Program-made: the position numbers and the translations under genes | Shown: positions 61,264 through 64,000 of the stretch, piece after piece | Position numbering within the stretch: the stretch's first letter is position 1 | How the letters are laid out: the number at the start of each line of letters is the position of its first letter | The notes under the pieces: model-generated | Database searches by the model: none | Told to the model about the DNA's origin: nothing | The model's input: the letters and a program-made list of their open reading frames with translations, nothing else | Origin: Ruthenibacterium lactatiformans | Lineage (GTDB): Bacteria; Actinomycetota; Coriobacteriia; Coriobacteriales; QAMH01 | Length of the DNA: 64,000 nucleotides | NCBI GenBank assembly: GCA_963614215.1 | Contig: CAVECB010000002.1 | Location: 18,055 to 82,054 of the forward strand | Direction of reading: 5' to 3'

Positions 61264-63756
61264 TTACGGCTTCATCGGCTCGTAGTCGTCGCGCCATCCG
61301 CCGCGATTGACAATCTGCTCGCCGGGCATGACGTCGCCTTCCTGCACCTTGTAGATGCGACAACGCGTGCACTTGATGGGCGAGCCGATGCCGCCAGGTC
61401 CTGCCTGGAAGTTGCGCGTCAGGTTGTTCACGTTGTAGGTGAAGCAGTTGTGCAGGGTCGGCGACGCGCCCTCCGTCTCGGGCTTCCACCAGCCGTGCTC
61501 TGCCGAAATGCAGTCGTCGGGGATGCCGTCGAACACCTTCACCATCTGCATGCAGCGACCCTCGTGGTTTTCCATCCAGATCCAATCGCCGTCGTGCAGG
61601 TCGTAGTCTTTGGCCGTCTTGGGGCTGACCTTCACGAGCGGCTCGGGGTGGAACTCGCGCATGGTGGCCGCCTGGCGGTGCTCGGTGTGGAAGAACTCGT
61701 AGGAGCGCGCACCGTTGATCATGTAGAAGGGCAGCTCCTCCATCACCTCGGGCGTGGTCTCCCAGGTCTCGGGCGCCGGGGTGTATTCCGGATAGGGCGG
61801 GATGCCCCAAGACTGGAATATAGTCGGCACGAGCTCGATGCGGCCGGAGGGCGTGTTGAAGCCCAGCTGGCCGTCGGGGCGCAGCAGGCCCTTCTCGTGC
61901 TTGTTGTAGGTGGCGTTCCACTCGTCGTAGGCATGCCCGCCAATGTTCACCAGCTGCTCGAAGGTGTAGGGGCACTTCGTCGTGATGGACGCGCCGCCCT
62001 CGTCTGCCACCGAGCTGTGACCCCAGTTGTCGTCGGTCGCGGCCGAGAAGTTGGCCTTTTGCACCTTGCCGTCAGGGCCGACGACCGCCAGGTCGGTCAG
62101 CAGATAGTCGTTGATGAAGTCCTCGGCGCTGTCCCAGCGCTCGAATAGCTCGGGGTTCAGGCGCTTGCCAAGCCACAAGGCAATCTCCTCGTCGGACTTG
62201 GCCTCGTAGTAGCTCGTCACCTTCTTCATCGCACGCAGCGGCGTCCACCAGGTGCGGGCCGAGTCGCGCTCGACCGACATCGAGATGGGCAAGATGAGGT
62301 CTGCCAGCGCAATCATCGTCGGGGTGATGAAGGGGTCGGCGTAGACGATGAAGGGAATCTTGCTGATGTACTTGTAGGCACGCGGCACCTGGCCTTCATG
62401 GCCAGACAGCGCGTTGCAGCTCTGCGCCCAAAACATCTTGATGGGGTAGTCCTCGTCGGTGACGGGAACCTTGCCCGCCTCGAGCACGCTGGCCATGGCG
62501 TCGCAGTTGGACATGCCGACGAAGTCGAGGCCGGGGTCGCCTACCATCCACTTGCGGAACTTGCGTGCGAGCGCGTCCGGGTCGGCGTAGAGGTCCACCG
62601 ACGAATAGCCGGCGTTGATCTCGAAGGAATTGTGCACGAGCACGTGCGTGCCAGGCTTTTCGATGTTGCCGCATATGGCCATGAGGTCGCACACGGCCTC
62701 GGTCCAGTGCATCGACGAGCTGGTGCCCGCGTCAAAGACCAGACCCCACTGGATGGCGCCGCGCTCGGCATTGGCGTACAGGCGCGCCGAACCTACGATG
62801 TCGTCGACCGGCACGGAGGTAATCTTGCTCGCCCACTCGGGAGTGTATTGCTGGACGTGCTCTTTAAGCTCGTCGTAGTAGGCGCACCAATTCTCGACGA
62901 ATTCGTGGTCGATCAGATCCTCGTTCATGATCACGTTCAGCCAGGCCAGCGCAATGCAGCAGTCGGTGCCGGGGTGCGGCTGCAGCCAGTACTCGGCGCG
63001 CGCGCCCCACCAGGTCAAGACCGGGTCGATGGAGATGATCTTCGTGCCCATCTGCACGCACATCTCCAACCAGTGCCCAAGATAGCCGTCGCCGTTGCTC
63101 TTCAGCGGCTCGTTGCCCCACACGACCAGCGTGTCGGGGCGCACCCACTCCTCGTTGGCGTAGCGATCGGGCAGGGTTTCGGAGGCGTCCACGATGGGGT
63201 AGTCGCCCAGAGGGCCTGCGGCGCCGCACACGCGCGGCATGTAGCACCACCAGCCGGAGAAATAGATGCCGCCGACGTTTGCTGTGCGGAAACACGCGCC
63301 AGCAATGAAGGGAACCTGCCAGTTGATGTTGCGGCCCGTGCCGTGGCCGACGAGTATGGACTCGCGGCCGAGACCTTTACCGTCGATCTCGGTCTTGATG
63401 TAGTCCTCGATCATATCGAGGGCCTCGTCCCAAGAGATGCGCTCCCACTTGTTCTCGCCGCGCTCTCCTGCGCGCTTCATGGGATACTTCAGGCGCTTCT
63501 CGTGGTTGACCATCTCGGTCAAGTCGAGGCAGCGCATGCACAGCTTGCCGTTGGCATACGGATCCAGCGGGTCGCCTTCCACTTTCTCCAGCTTTCCGTC
63601 CTTGGTGTAGAGCAGCACCCCGCACGAGTCGTGACACCCGGGCGCGGAATAGTTGTAGGTACGCGTGACGGTGTAGCCGTCCTCTTCCCACGTCACCTCG
63701 CCCTCGTGGTACGCCTTGCGGTCGATGCCATCGAGAAACTCTTGGTAATCGGCCAT
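61264..63756 (-). CDS. Molybdopterin (bis-MGD) oxidoreductase catalytic subunit, cytoplasmic, paralogue 3
   Basis: 830 aa from the ATG at 63756 (AAGGAGG RBS). MADYQEFLDGIDRKAYHEGEVTW..., PGCHDSCG...GKLCMRC. No TAT signal. The ORF-track start at 63924 is unsupported. Confidence 0.8.
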   Translation of the reverse strand: MADYQEFLDGIDRKAYHEGEVTWEEDGYTVTRTYNYSAPGCHDSCGVLLYTKDGKLEKVEGDPLDPYANGKLCMRCLDLTEMVNHEKRLKYPMKRAGERGENKWERISWDEALDMIEDYIKTEIDGKGLGRESILVGHGTGRNINWQVPFIAGACFRTANVGGIYFSGWWCYMPRVCGAAGPLGDYPIVDASETLPDRYANEEWVRPDTLVVWGNEPLKSNGDGYLGHWLEMCVQMGTKIISIDPVLTWWGARAEYWLQPHPGTDCCIALAWLNVIMNEDLIDHEFVENWCAYYDELKEHVQQYTPEWASKITSVPVDDIVGSARLYANAERGAIQWGLVFDAGTSSSMHWTEAVCDLMAICGNIEKPGTHVLVHNSFEINAGYSSVDLYADPDALARKFRKWMVGDPGLDFVGMSNCDAMASVLEAGKVPVTDEDYPIKMFWAQSCNALSGHEGQVPRAYKYISKIPFIVYADPFITPTMIALADLILPISMSVERDSARTWWTPLRAMKKVTSYYEAKSDEEIALWLGKRLNPELFERWDSAEDFINDYLLTDLAVVGPDGKVQKANFSAATDDNWGHSSVADEGGASITTKCPYTFEQLVNIGGHAYDEWNATYNKHEKGLLRPDGQLGFNTPSGRIELVPTIFQSWGIPPYPEYTPAPETWETTPEVMEELPFYMINGARSYEFFHTEHRQAATMREFHPEPLVKVSPKTAKDYDLHDGDWIWMENHEGRCMQMVKVFDGIPDDCISAEHGWWKPETEGASPTLHNCFTYNVNNLTRNFQAGPGGIGSPIKCTRCRIYKVQEGDVMPGEQIVNRGGWRDDYEPMKP

Positions 63757-64000
63757 CTTGCCCCTCCTTCTCTCTTGGCTCTCTCGACGCGCCGCAGCGC
63801 GCCTTGCGTAGAGAAAATATGGAGGGTGTTGCCGTCCTGTCACCGATTGGTACGGGGTGTTTGACGCTATACCTGATTTTTGGGGATACCTGAACTGGGA
63901 AAACTCTGCCCTCTTCTCCGACATCCTACCGTAAGGTTGATGTCTCGTCCTCTTTCATACCGCGGTTTGAGAGGGCAAAAAGGGAGTGGGCGCGGGCGGC

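Noticed and set aside
52556-63756. Selenocysteine (in-frame TGA) or TAT export in the molybdoenzymes.
   Set aside because: All three ORFs are uninterrupted. None of the supported N-termini contains an RR-type twin-arginine motif.

Overview
The window is 64 kb of high-GC chromosome. By eye the GC is about 60-65% in the core regions and clearly lower in two accessory stretches; I did not compute it. Gene content suggests a Coriobacteriia/Eggerthellaceae-type anaerobe, but that is inference, not a database hit. There are about 50 genes, nearly all on the minus strand.

Core genes: trpS, scpA/scpB, an RluB-type pseudouridine synthase, an ABC-F ATPase, an M50 protease, rpsA, galU, leuBDC, thrS, folC and an MnmA-like protein.

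Accessory content:
- Three type II TA pairs (PIN/Phd-like, ParE/Phd-like, BrnT/BrnA).
- Two very large repeat-built surface proteins with wall-sorting signals.
- A GT2-GT39 fusion glycosyltransferase.
- An approximately 8 kb, partly low-GC defence-type island (about 19.3-27.6 kb). It carries a colicin-DNase-like HNH toxin with an immunity gene, a DUF4417 gene, a TIR-like (DUF1863/ThsB-type) gene whose partner appears truncated, an MmeI-type IIL restriction-modification enzyme, BrnTA, and two AAA-ATPase gene remnants.
- A minus-strand block (47-63.8 kb) with three paralogous cytoplasmic molybdopterin oxidoreductases, two small ferredoxins, two MFS transporters, a SlyD-like FKBP, a Cys-rich mini-protein and a giant double-ATPase activase/dehydratase-like protein.

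Most notable observations:
- Two tRNA-Thr anticodon-arm mimics sit in the thrS leader.
- The TIR module appears decayed.
- Three unrelated tandem arrays inside the island share an exact 33-bp period.
- The toxin gene and the DUF4417 gene share a duplicated 135-nt leader.
- The MnmA homologue lacks both catalytic cysteines.

I found no rRNA, tRNA, CRISPR, integrase or transposase genes. All family assignments rest on remembered motifs, without searches.
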